Source: Schmidtea nova
Lineage: Eukaryota
Assembly (NCBI GenBank): GCA_044892505.1
Contig: CM097882.1
Span: forward strand, 320,912,001-320,976,000
Length of the DNA: 64,000 nt
Reading direction: 5' to 3'
This document shows, piece by piece, positions 1-9,487 of this stretch (its first letter is position 1; each line of letters begins with the position of its first letter). The translations under genes were made by a program, and so were the position numbers. The notes beneath the pieces were generated by a model. It saw only the letters and a list, made by a program, of their open reading frames with translations. It had not been told where the DNA came from and searched no databases.

Positions 1-1799
1 TCAAGTTTTAAATAAACCATCATGTAATCGTACAGTGATGTACATGAGGTTTCTTGCCAAATTTTATGAGCCGAAGCATACTCGACAGCAGTTATATCTT
101 TCCATTTAGGTGGTAAACACAAGGTAGATTTTAAAACTTCTAAAGAAGTGGCAGCGTCGTATGGAAATATGCCCTTGGCAGTCACTATAGTGCCGCGAAA
201 TTCAGAGTTTGTTAAAGGTAAAGATGAAAGGGTTTTTACCGCATTGTTCAAGGACTCACTCACAAATTGGTAAGAATCTATAAATTTTACTGTGAGGCTA
301 TCTATGTAAGCGAAAAGGCTTAAAAACTTTTCGCTGGTCAAGGGAATACAACTTATATTCCACGTGTTGTATTTTGAAAGGCCGTATTTTAAGATATGGT
401 GCAAATCGTAGCCCTTCAAGTTGTAAAAGATAACGGGCAAAGAGTGTCTTATTTGCCGGGATTTGTTGCACTCTGAGCAGGCTGCTCCAATATAAAGACC
501 GGTGAAATGGTCGTGATCTCTAACAGGTGCCACTAAAAGCTTTTTACATAAATAGCAATTAGTGCTATTATTAAATTCGAGTTGTTGGGTCGCAGTGATG
601 GTCATGCGCTTTTTATAATTTTTATAGTTATAGGGTGTTACTATATACCGACTGATTGACTCAATTTCATTTAGGAATTGGTCAACACAGTCTAACCCTA
701 CAAAAGATCTGTATATTCTGACCCCAGTAAAGTTGTTTATCAGAAGAAGACCTGCAGCAATAGGAATATGTTTTTGATGATGAAGAATATCTTTAGGTAA
801 TATTGCTTCGAAATCAGCATATATTACGAAAGGAGGAGTTACTGTTTTCTTCCAATCAGTAAACTCTAAAAATTTATTTTTGGGTAATGTGTAGAGTGTG
901 GTACCCAACTGATTTTTTGTGCAAAGACCCTTATGACGATTAAAGGCTTCGTCGTTCCTAAAGCCATTCAAGCAACGAGGGCACCATTGGCTGCAAATCC
1001 TAACTGGGGTGATGGTACTATTTCGGCAATTTAAAAAACGATTCAGGTCGGTAATCGCTAGATAATGAAAATTATCTTTATTTTCCAAGAGAAGCAAATT
1101 TATTGGAATTGCCCCGACTACTTTACTGCGATATACTATGTCGATAAAAGGATGTTTAAGGACGACATTATCATCATTATCGCTATCACTTATATCAATT
1201 TGGGCCTTTTCGTCATATGTAAGGACATTAATGCTGTAGCCGGGGTTTTGCCTCTCGAATTTCTTTATGTTTACTAATTTCATGGGCATGTCATTCGGGT
1301 CAAAAGTCAGTTGGGAAAGATCGTAAGAAGTAACCCTATGTCTGTATTGGCGTTCAATACTATCATATTTAACTATTGCTAAAAAGCTATATAAAAAGCA
1401 ATAAGTGTCGCTATTGTTGACATTAACTAAACAACTTAAATTTTTTAATGTATTAGGAGTTTCGATATAACTGCTGCCGCTCAACCTAGTAATCTCGGAA
1501 AATTTAGTCACTAAAAAACTAATATATTCTATTTTGGAGATTGTCCAATTACTCCCCTTTTCGTTAATCTGGACAATCTTTTCATTTAAACTAGTGATAC
1601 CTTCCTCAATAAAGGTATCACTCCACTCTCTGGCAGAATTTGAGATGACAAAAGATTGTAATTGATCATCTTTCTCAAATTCTACCTTGAGACAAAATTG
1701 TATTTTAGCTGATTTTAATTTAATAATATAAGATTTTAATTTATCTATCAATATATCTGGTACAGAGACCGTTTTTAATAATAAATTAGAAACATCCAT
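1..1799 (-). CDS. polB: Protein-primed family B DNA polymerase, N-terminal ~600 aa (runs off window start, so absent from the ORF track)
   Basis: Manual translation from ATG at 1799 gives GSSYIETP, NVNNSDTYCFLYS, WCPRCL, Exo I VIYADFE, an endonuclease-VII-like DHDHFTG..AACSECN, Exo II FYNLKGYD and LYDYMMVYLKLD at the window edge. Codon phase at 1799 and at 59 agrees. Confidence 0.93.
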   Translation of the reverse strand, partial: MDVSNLLLKTVSVPDILIDKLKSYIIKLKSAKIQFCLKVEFEKDDQLQSFVISNSAREWSDTFIEEGITSLNEKIVQINEKGSNWTISKIEYISFLVTKFSEITRLSGSSYIETPNTLKNLSCLVNVNNSDTYCFLYSFLAIVKYDSIERQYRHRVTSYDLSQLTFDPNDMPMKLVNIKKFERQNPGYSINVLTYDEKAQIDISDSDNDDNVVLKHPFIDIVYRSKVVGAIPINLLLLENKDNFHYLAITDLNRFLNCRNSTITPVRICSQWCPRCLNGFRNDEAFNRHKGLCTKNQLGTTLYTLPKNKFLEFTDWKKTVTPPFVIYADFEAILPKDILHHQKHIPIAAGLLLINNFTGVRIYRSFVGLDCVDQFLNEIESISRYIVTPYNYKNYKKRMTITATQQLEFNNSTNCYLCKKLLVAPVRDHDHFTGLYIGAACSECNKSRQIRHSLPVIFYNLKGYDLHHILKYGLSKYNTWNISCIPLTSEKFLSLFAYIDSLTVKFIDSYQFVSESLNNAVKTLSSLPLTNSEFRGTIVTAKGIFPYDAATSLEVLKSTLCLPPKWKDITAVEYASAHKIWQETSCTSLYDYMMVYLKL

Positions 1800-1859
1800 T
1801 TTTATAATAAAATGGGTATCGTTCAAGTCGGAAGTAGCTTCAACAATACCCATACCAAT

Positions 1860-2272
1860 TTAATTATTATTATTATTTATAATATTAACATAATCGTCAA
1901 ATTCATCATCATTGACGATTATGTCATCGGCAATGGCAGATATAATATCGATATTCGTACTTTTATTATAAATAAGATCATCTTCATCANNNNNNNNNNN
2001 NNNNNNNNNNNNNNNNNNNNNNNNNNNNNNNNNNNNNNNNNNNNNNNNNNNNNNNNNNNNNNNNNNNNNNNNNNNNNNNNNNNNNNNNNNNNNNNNNNNN
2101 NNNNNNNNNNNNNNNNNNNNNNNNNNNNNNNNNNNNNNNNNNNNNNNNNNNNNNNNNNNNNNNNNNNNNNNNNNNNNNNNGATGTCGATTATGATCAGTT
2201 TTTTAGGAACTGAATCCATTAATGTTGTATTTTTACGTTTATTTAAATTAGGTGTATTATTTAAATTTTGTA

Positions 2273-2315
<43 letters not shown>

Positions 2316-2480
2316 TAGATTATTTCGATTATTTTGTATATTATTATTATTATTATTTTGTAGATTATTATTATTTTGTAAATTATTATTATTATTTTGA
2401 TTATTTGTATTATTATTATTATTATTATTTTGTAGATTATTATTTTGTAGATTATTATTATTTAGAGTATTTTGATTAAG

Positions 2481-2522
<42 letters not shown>

Positions 2523-2819
2523 AATATTAATATTAATATTATTATTATTATTATTAGTGATATAATTAGCATATATGTTATTGAAAAGACATTTTTTCGA
2601 AGGCATGAATTGGGAAAGGTGAGTCCTATGCGAAAGAAAAAAATCTTTATAAGAAGTCGTTGAAATAATTTTACATTTTGAGCAGAGGAGGTGGGTGACA
2701 CCATTATATTTATAGGTATAGTACTTTTCCATAATGACATGGCAGTCATTATGGAAACGACTATTACAAAAATTGGTATATGTTAAACCTGAATATATGG
2801 AAAAAAAATTTAAATACAA
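1860..2819 (-). CDS. Asn-rich Polinton accessory ORF with N-terminal Cys/His cluster (spans an N gap)
   Basis: ORF track 319 aa. CxxC...HxxH-like residues precede a poly-Asn tract. Co-oriented with and directly upstream of polB. Frame across the gap is unverified. Confidence 0.5.
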
Positions 2820-2909
2820 TTTAAATGAAATGGTTAAATAATAATTATAAATTGTTTAAAAATAATATCCTCATTAATTTTTCATCAATATTCATCTTAT
2901 TAATATATT

Positions 2910-2973
2910 AATTTATCTTTAACATATTAAGTAATTGTTTTAAATATATTACTTAATATGTTAATGATAAATT
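2910..2973. repeat. Hairpin 1 (25-bp stem, 14-nt loop)
   Basis: AATTTATCTTTAACATATTAAGTAA / TTACTTAATATGTTAATGATAAATT, one mismatch. Confidence 0.85.
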
Positions 2974-3104
2974 TATATAAAATAATTTCTTAGTAATATA
3001 AAAGTTTTCATCATTGTTTCGTTATATTAGCCTTCTTTTTGGTCATTAAAAAAAATATTATCATCATCATTATATACCATCTAAATTAGTCTTGTTCATC
3101 TTGG

Positions 3105-3172
3105 TAATTTACCTTTTAACTTATTAAGTAATTGTTTTAAATATGTTACTTAATAGGTTAAAAGGTAAATTA
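3105..3172. repeat. Hairpin 2 (27-bp stem, 14-nt loop), paralogue of hairpin 1
   Basis: TAATTTACCTTTTAACTTATTAAGTAA / TTACTTAATAGGTTAAAAGGTAAATTA, one T-G pair. Loop is nearly identical to hairpin 1. Confidence 0.85.
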
Positions 3173-3672
3173 ATATAAAAATAATATAAAATTCAATATA
3201 AAAATAATAAAAAATTCAATATAAAATTAATATAAAAATACTTCAATATAAAACATTTTTCATTATATCGTTAATTATTCATAAAAATAAATTCTTTATC
3301 ATTTCATATTATTATTATTATTGTTCATCATTATTTTTTCATATTATTCTTTGTCATAATAATTCATCTTCTTCATTTCATCATAACAAATTCTGCATTT
3401 CATATAATTATTTCTTCATAATATTCTTCGTCATAATAATTCATCTTCATTTCATTATAACGTCATAACAAATTCAACATAATAATTTCATTATTTTTAA
3501 AAGTTATTATTATATTAAATAATATTAAAAGATTTAATTAAAAATAATAAAAATATTATTATTATTATTATATAAATAAATAAGAATAATAAATTACATT
3601 TTTTTGAGTTTTTAAAACTCTGTCCATTCAATTTCATGGCATAATCATTATTACTCGGGACATCATTCATCA

Positions 3673-3958
3673 TCATATTCGGGACATCATTCGTTGCATC
3701 GATATCAACAGCATGGAAATTGTTATTATCATTTCTACAAATTTAATAATAAAGAAAATGAAAATTAAATATTATTAATTTTACCAATAAATCGATTTTC
3801 TTTTCCGATTCCATTTGACGATCCCGCCATATTGTTCGATAAATTAACAACTAGAAATAACAAACAGAATATAAATATAATATAATAAAAAAAATAATAA
3901 TTTTACCTTTTAGACCTCCGGCGATCCTTGTTGGTATATTTAAATTTAAATTTTGCAT
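3673..3958 (-). CDS. Putative small spliced Polinton gene (exons 3958-3907, 3850-3785, 3734-3673)
   Basis: Two AT-rich GT..AG segments (3851-3906, 56 nt; 3735-3784, 50 nt) flank GC-richer exons below a CCAAT/TATA promoter. Splicing gives a ~60 aa peptide MQNLNLNIPTRIAGGLK...MMSRI. Exon 3 frame is uncertain. Confidence 0.4.
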
Positions 3959-4024
3959 AATTGCTTCTTTAAAATAATTTGATATATTTTTGAAAAAATT
4001 TGTGAGCAAAACGTGACGAAATAA

Positions 4025-4240
4025 TGCAAGTATATACTATATAAAGATGAATTTTATTAACCGACCAATCAGAATCGAGATAGGATAGGCAAATACATGC
4101 ACACATACTGCACACATAATGTACCTTTGTTTATGTGTTTGACGTCACGATACTTGCTTTGTATCGTGACAAAGACATGATATGACATGTTTTATCATAT
4201 GCTTATCACGCATTGATCACGCACTGGTCATACCTTTGTG
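4025..4240 (-). promoter_or_regulatory. Polinton internal promoter module
   Basis: CCAATCAGAATC 4065-4076, TATA-like tract ~4030-4045, CRE TGACGTCA 4140-4147, ACAAAGACAT 4169-4178, 10-bp inverted repeat GTCACGATAC/GTATCGTGAC. Confidence 0.55.
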
Positions 4241-4338
4241 ATTAAAATAATAATATTTAATATTAATAATAATAAAAATAATAATATTTTATAAAAATAA
4301 TAATAAAAAGAAAAAATAATAAAAAAATAAAATAACAT

Positions 4339-4740
4339 TTATTGTTTTAAATAATCTACAACAGCAGACAAGCACCCTTTATAGGCACACATACAATGGT
4401 CTTTATAGGGACATGAAATGTTTTCAGGAACATATTCAACTTTTTTAAAATTATATTTAATTAATCTTAATTTGGGGAAATACTTCTTCAAAACATGCAT
4501 CTTTTCATTATCTGTTACATAGAAAATAGCTCCTTTATCTGTAATATCATCCATTATACATTTTGGGCAAAAATAATCTTGTCCTTCAAACGATTCTATA
4601 CGATCAGGCCAGAAAGATAAATCACTGTATATATATTACTGGGGTGTGAAGATATTATTGACATTCATAATACATAATTCCTTAATTGTTGTTCCACCCA
4701 TTTCATTATATCCATAAAAATCGATAAAATAACAAGACAT
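4339..4740 (-). pseudogene. Conserved Polinton ORF, possible RNase H/DEDD-nuclease-like fold, with in-frame TAA at 4636-4638
   Basis: ATG at 4740 is in frame with the 4339..4554 ORF: FIDFYGY...IKELCI, then FYVTDNEK..L and C...H.MCA. This resembles the pattern I recall for a common Polinton accessory protein; the fold is inferred. Confidence 0.5.
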
Positions 4741-4773
4741 TTTTTTCAAATAAAATTTATTAAAATAAATTGT

Positions 4774-5151
4774 TTATAACATTGATTTCAACTATGCAAG
4801 GCAATGTTCACCACAAGTGATTGTTAAGGGATGCTGATATCTAATTCTATTATACACAATAGGTTTACCGATAGTTTGAAGTTTTCGAACAAGTAAATTA
4901 GGATAATAATATCCAAAGGGATCAAATACATGTATTCGATCTGGTTTCACGTAAACTTCAATCCAATGTTCACCGCCCAACGTAGATGTCTAAGTATTTA
5001 CAAAAAAGGCTTGATTCATTTTCAAATAAGGTATTTTATCCAGAGGAAATACTCCAATAAATTGATTTCCCAATAGTTCTTTACCTTGATGTAATACCTG
5101 AATAGAACTAATTAAAAATAAATAATTAATCAATTAAAATACTTACTCCAT
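4774..5151 (-). pseudogene. Adenain-like cysteine protease with 39-nt intron (5108-5146) and in-frame TAG stops (4990-4992, 4792-4794)
   Basis: Spliced translation MDSIQV...FIGVFPLDKIP...FVNT*TSTLGGEHW...FDPFG...YQHPLTITCGEHCLA. His/Asp/Cys triad and oxyanion Gln are present. Donor is GTAAGT. Confidence 0.88.
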
Positions 5152-5224
5152 GATGATAATAATAATAATAACTTTGGTCATTTATACTGTTTCAGAGCTC
5201 AAACCAATAATGTTTAAGCAGAGC

Positions 5225-6445
5225 TCAAACCAATATTGTTCGATTGGCCGTAATTTGAACTTCATTTTCAAAAACTCCATACATAATTACATGAACCGGT
5301 TCATCAATAGGTTTTGCAAACTTTATATCGAGTCGTAAATTTCCGTTTTGTGGGATTTGGCTTTGATTCAAATCAAAATCGGGAGCGAGAACAAATGTAA
5401 AGAATGGATATTTACTTTTAAATTCATCCAGACTTATACCGCAATTCAAGTTTTTATCGAAATATCCTAGATTTCGGACAAGACTTTGCATATATGTGGC
5501 ACTAAAATTATCATTTTCAAAATCTTGAGTATAAGTTTCTCTAAAATCGGTATTTTTCGATAACGATAATGAAGTCACATTGAAATGTTTGAATGTAGAT
5601 GCAGATTCAGCATATGATCCATTATATTGATTTTCAGTTTGAAAAGCCACAAGAATGAAATTAGGCATTCTTCTATCTCCAAATATTTGCTCCTTGTAAA
5701 ATGACGATGCGCCTTTACCGATTGCAAACGATACGATTTCTTTGGATTTTAATGGATAAATTGCATGTTTACTATTTAAACCAATTTGTTGACCGGCCAA
5801 AACTGAAGATTCACATCGAACTCTTCGAACCAATAATTTAGCGTCTACTAATTGGATTATTGGTTTCCCAGCTGCAGATTTCAATGATAATGAAGATTCA
5901 GATCTCTTCAATCTAACATGTACATTAACTCCGGGAAGTAAGTATTTTGGTTGATCCATAAAATCGAGTTGTAATGATGAACACATGTTAAAAAGTTTAG
6001 ATCCCTTGATCCACTTTTTCCTATCGTCAGATGAACCATATCCCATTGGAGTAAGACATGTTTCTTTTGTATCGCTAGTATAATTTAAAACAGTTTCGAT
6101 TATGGCCTTGTGTGCATATGTATTGTTTCCACCCTCAATTTTTATATTATTAAATCCAAGAATCGCATCTTTGAAAAGAGTATGAAACAGGTAATTATTA
6201 GGCACAACATCACTCGCATCAACTAATTTATTTTTATCTTTATCTAGAACCTTGACAGTAACGGATAATAAAGTATCGTTCAAATCCAAATATTCGGTTG
6301 CCGATCCATTAATGTAAAATTCAACATCATTTCTACTATCTGTAATAGAATTCATTGGAAAAACATCTTCAAACACCCCATATTCAATAACTGCTTGAGG
6401 TGATGGTCGATCAAAAAGACATAATTCAGATTTACCGCAAATCAT
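5225..6445 (-). CDS. Major capsid protein (double jelly-roll, Polinton PY/hexon-like), intact 406 aa
   Basis: KSELCLF..P.Q..IE.G, VEFYING...YLDLNDT, LDFMDQPKYLLPGV, and C-terminal FDL...GNLRLDIKF...Y match animal Maverick MCPs. Confidence 0.9.
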   Translation of the reverse strand: MICGKSELCLFDRPSPQAVIEYGVFEDVFPMNSITDSRNDVEFYINGSATEYLDLNDTLLSVTVKVLDKDKNKLVDASDVVPNNYLFHTLFKDAILGFNNIKIEGGNNTYAHKAIIETVLNYTSDTKETCLTPMGYGSSDDRKKWIKGSKLFNMCSSLQLDFMDQPKYLLPGVNVHVRLKRSESSLSLKSAAGKPIIQLVDAKLLVRRVRCESSVLAGQQIGLNSKHAIYPLKSKEIVSFAIGKGASSFYKEQIFGDRRMPNFILVAFQTENQYNGSYAESASTFKHFNVTSLSLSKNTDFRETYTQDFENDNFSATYMQSLVRNLGYFDKNLNCGISLDEFKSKYPFFTFVLAPDFDLNQSQIPQNGNLRLDIKFAKPIDEPVHVIMYGVFENEVQITANRTILV

Positions 6446-6807
6446 TCTTCAAATATGGTTCCATGACCTTTCATTCGTTTGTTTATACGTTTTCTAATCT
6501 TTTTACGTTTTGGTCCTACCGGTTCTGGTTCCGGTTCATTTTTGGAAAACATATTTGAAATTGACGGTATCGCCTTGGATACAGCCTCCATAGCATTCGT
6601 TTTCAATGTAGGCAAAATTTTCTGATCTTTCATTATAACGTCTTTAGCAGTTTTCATTCCAAAACTACCCAGTCGCTTAAGTAGTGGAAGTGCAAATCTT
6701 CCAATAGTTTTCAACCAACCTGATCCATACTGTTTACCGACAAAATACGGTAATTCGCCACCAGTTTGACTATTACTGTACAATGAAATTATATCGGGAT
6801 TACTCAT
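6442..6807 (-). CDS. Putative virion core protein (pVII-like) with adenain-type GG/GxG sites
   Basis: SQTGG, QYGSG followed by amphipathic WLKTIGRFALPLLKRLG, basic KRKKIRKR and terminal MKGHG. Lies between penton and MCP. Confidence 0.75.
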   Translation of the reverse strand: MSNPDIISLYSNSQTGGELPYFVGKQYGSGWLKTIGRFALPLLKRLGSFGMKTAKDVIMKDQKILPTLKTNAMEAVSKAIPSISNMFSKNEPEPEPVGPKRKKIRKRINKRMKGHGTIFEE

Positions 6808-7826
6808 GATGTTTTCGAAAATGTAGAGTCAAATGAGTTTTTGAATTTTTTGGAAAGTTTATTAAATTACCTCTATCATCTCGGATATTTATTTCTATAT
6901 TGTTTATACAGGATGTTGAAACATATAAATACATTGGATTTTCAACTTGTATTTGAACAACTTCATCCTGTTCATATTTTTCAATCCATACAGATTTCAA
7001 CATGGGAACTAATGAATCACCAACAATTATAGGATTTACTATATTACTGTAAATGAACATTTGCTGATGAAATTTAATTATTTTCGGTTTATATATTCCA
7101 ACAGTGAAGCTTCCATCTTGAGCATATGTTGCTTTCGATAATCCCAATGTTTTTACAAGATTATTGTCAAAAGTTATTTCGCTAACATCTGCATTCAAAC
7201 TGAATTTGAAGTAACTATCATCTACCAATTCCAGCGATTTAAAAATACTTGCACAATTTAGAATAAAATATGATTGCATTTCATCCAGTTTCGATATGTA
7301 TAAATTATCGGCAAATGTATGTATAAATGCACTATCATCCTTGTACTCCATCTTTATTCTAATTTTTTCCGTTAATGGACCATCTATGCCATATGCCGGT
7401 AACGGTATCTTGTATGTATCTGTAGGACTTACAATACTCTGTTTCGTTAATCCCATTCGTTTTGCCATTGCCAAAGTATCAAAAGTTATAGTGAAGGGAA
7501 AATTATCACAGGTAAAATAAATAGAATGTCAATCGCTACTTATTGTAGCAATATCATCGGCAGGATTAGATATATCAACTTCACAAAATTGATTGTTGAT
7601 AATCAAATTTTTATATTTTGTATGTATAGTTTTCTTTTTGTACCGAATTTCTGATTTACTGTAAAATGGAAATGGATTATACACAAATGTAAAGTCTAAG
7701 AGAGCGACTTCCCAAATCCCGTCCAAATACATCGGATTTTACGAGATTAACCATGAAATTACTGGAAGTATTATCTCGGTGTATATCTGAACAACTGTTG
7801 CTAGGTAGAATCATATAAAAATTCAT
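6800..7826 (-). pseudogene. Minor capsid protein (penton, Polinton PZ) with +1 indel at ~7737-7740 and TGA at 7529-7531
   Basis: Starts MNFYMILPSNS...NTSSNF and continues NPMYLDGIWEVAL. C-terminal MFIYSNIVNPIIVGDSLVPML...NNIEINIRDDRG...LHFR is typical of Polinton pentons. Confidence 0.85.
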
Positions 7827-8866
7827 TTTACTAGGTTTTTTGATGATATCCATGATGGTTCTTTATATCCATGCCACTTTACATAGTATTGTTTATCCTT
7901 ACCCACCATTTTAGATTTCAGGATTTTTTGAATTCTAAATATTGTCGGTGGAGGAATAACTTGTAATTCTTGTTCGTAGAATTTCCCGCTGATTATATTG
8001 TTATCAGAGTCACAAATAGTATACATGACAGGATTCTGCACTGTGTTGACTTTCGATATTTGATATACCTCATCACTCCAATTATTATCAAAATTTTTAA
8101 TGAATGGCGATGCACTAATTTTGCTAATTCGAACATGATCACCAATTTTATATTTCGGTTTCTTTACTTTCACTTCACTCACAATATTTTCAGTATCAGC
8201 TACTTCTGCCGGTTTCCTGCCATTTATACCCCGATGAGCACTATGATTATAACTGTGAATCAATTGAGGTAAAACATTAATCCAGGTTTTATTGCCTTTA
8301 AAAACAAAGTATTTTTTCAATCGATCACGCAAAGTTCGATTAAATCTCTCGACATGAGCGGCTTTGAATTGTGAGAATACCGAATAATGATTTATTCCCT
8401 TGATAACTTCCTTGACTTTACTGTTGTAAAATTCCTTTCCTAAAAAATATTAAATTTATAAATTTAAATTAAAATTTACCCAAATCGGTTTGTAAATTAG
8501 TTGGCCGATCCTTTTCATCATTGTCTTGATAGCGATTGCCATGTCATTAGCAGATTCAGATTTTACTCCAATTGCTCGAGCAAATCTACTGTAAACATCA
8601 ATACATGTTAAAATATACTTGTACCCCTTGTTAATAGCAGAATACGGAATCATTTCCATCAAGTCCATTTGCCACAAATCATTGATTCTATATGTTTTAT
8701 ATGCTCGAGTTGGAAACCGTTTCAACATCGGTTTGTTTAGACTGTATGCAAGTTGCCTCGATAACCAACTTTGTGTCTGTTGTTTCGACTTCTGTGATTT
8801 TTTCCTTAGCTTTTCGACTCCACCGAAACCGGCGTCGTCTTTTGGGTTCGTCCAGATCTTCTCCAT
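7823..8866 (-). CDS. Retroviral-like integrase with C-terminal chromodomain; 40-nt intron 8440-8479; 1-nt deletion in A-run 8512-8515
   Basis: N-terminal NPKDDAGFGGVEKL. Catalytic D (WQMDL), D (QTDLG, joined to KEF only after splicing) and E (HVERFNRTL). Chromodomain IQKILK...YYVKWHGY...SW. Confidence 0.92.
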
Positions 8867-8918
8867 TACAACAAGAAGATTTAAAGTTTAAATTTAAATT
8901 AGGTAATGATTGACCCAT
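8697..8918 (-). CDS. Putative 73-aa small protein overlapping the integrase start
   Basis: ATG lies 3 nt after the stop of the upstream ORF. MG start, CC pair and KRRRRFRWSRK basic patch. Confidence 0.35.
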   Translation of the reverse strand: MGQSLPNLNLNFKSSCCNGEDLDEPKRRRRFRWSRKAKEKITEVETTDTKLVIEATCIQSKQTDVETVSNSSI

Positions 8919-8921
8919 TGT

Positions 8922-9461
8922 TTATGACCTTTGTCCCAATAAACCAGCACCTCCCAATAATGATAAAGCTAGTGGTAATAAAGCGGCAATAAATCCTCCT
9001 TGTTGTTTATATATTATTTTGCGCATAAGTTTTCGATTTTTTGTTTTTACTAGCGACAACAATGGTTTCTTATGCTTGTTCAAAACACGTCGATTAGATG
9101 GACTTAGATGCATTTTACCTCGTACGACTTTAATTAAAATAGCGAGTAAATCATCGATATCGTAATTAGGAAACGATTGAAGAATACCCATTCTTCTAGC
9201 GGATGGGGCTTTAAGCAATGCATTAAAAAACGGAAAACTCCGATGATGTATTTGTTTAGCATTGGATTTCAAATTAATTGGAATTTGATTTTGTTTGGGA
9301 AAATTATCCATAATTAGCTTTTTCGATGGCGTATAACTTGTTTTTAAAACTGATTTTGAAACGGATTTCTTTGACAATTTCTTTCTTCGACCTGCTTTCT
9401 TACCTATTTTCATTGATTTTCGAGCATTTATCAATCGTTCAAACTTTACTCGAGATTTCAT
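8922..9461 (-). CDS. Highly basic putative core/membrane-lytic precursor protein
   Basis: Lys/Arg-rich; ends KQQGG-FIAALLPLALSLLGG, a protease-type site followed by an amphipathic helix, as commonly seen in Polintons. Confidence 0.75.
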   Translation of the reverse strand: MKSRVKFERLINARKSMKIGKKAGRRKKLSKKSVSKSVLKTSYTPSKKLIMDNFPKQNQIPINLKSNAKQIHHRSFPFFNALLKAPSARRMGILQSFPNYDIDDLLAILIKVVRGKMHLSPSNRRVLNKHKKPLLSLVKTKNRKLMRKIIYKQQGGFIAALLPLALSLLGGAGLLGQRS

Positions 9462-9487
9462 TAAGATTATTATTACTGTAAATCAAT

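Noticed and set aside
1065-2749. Plus-strand ORFs 1065-1277, 1812-2213, 2182-2400, 2252-2479, 2472-2663 and minus ORF 2462-2749
   Set aside because: Shadows of polB or of the (AAT/GTT)n tract; homopolymeric translations.
5193-5236. 17-bp direct repeat CAGAGCTCAAACCAATA at the MCP stop
   Set aside because: A small local duplication with no evident function.
4636-7531. Alternative genetic code or programmed readthrough to explain in-frame stops
   Set aside because: All three stop types occur, and all three also serve as normal terminators; mutation is simpler.
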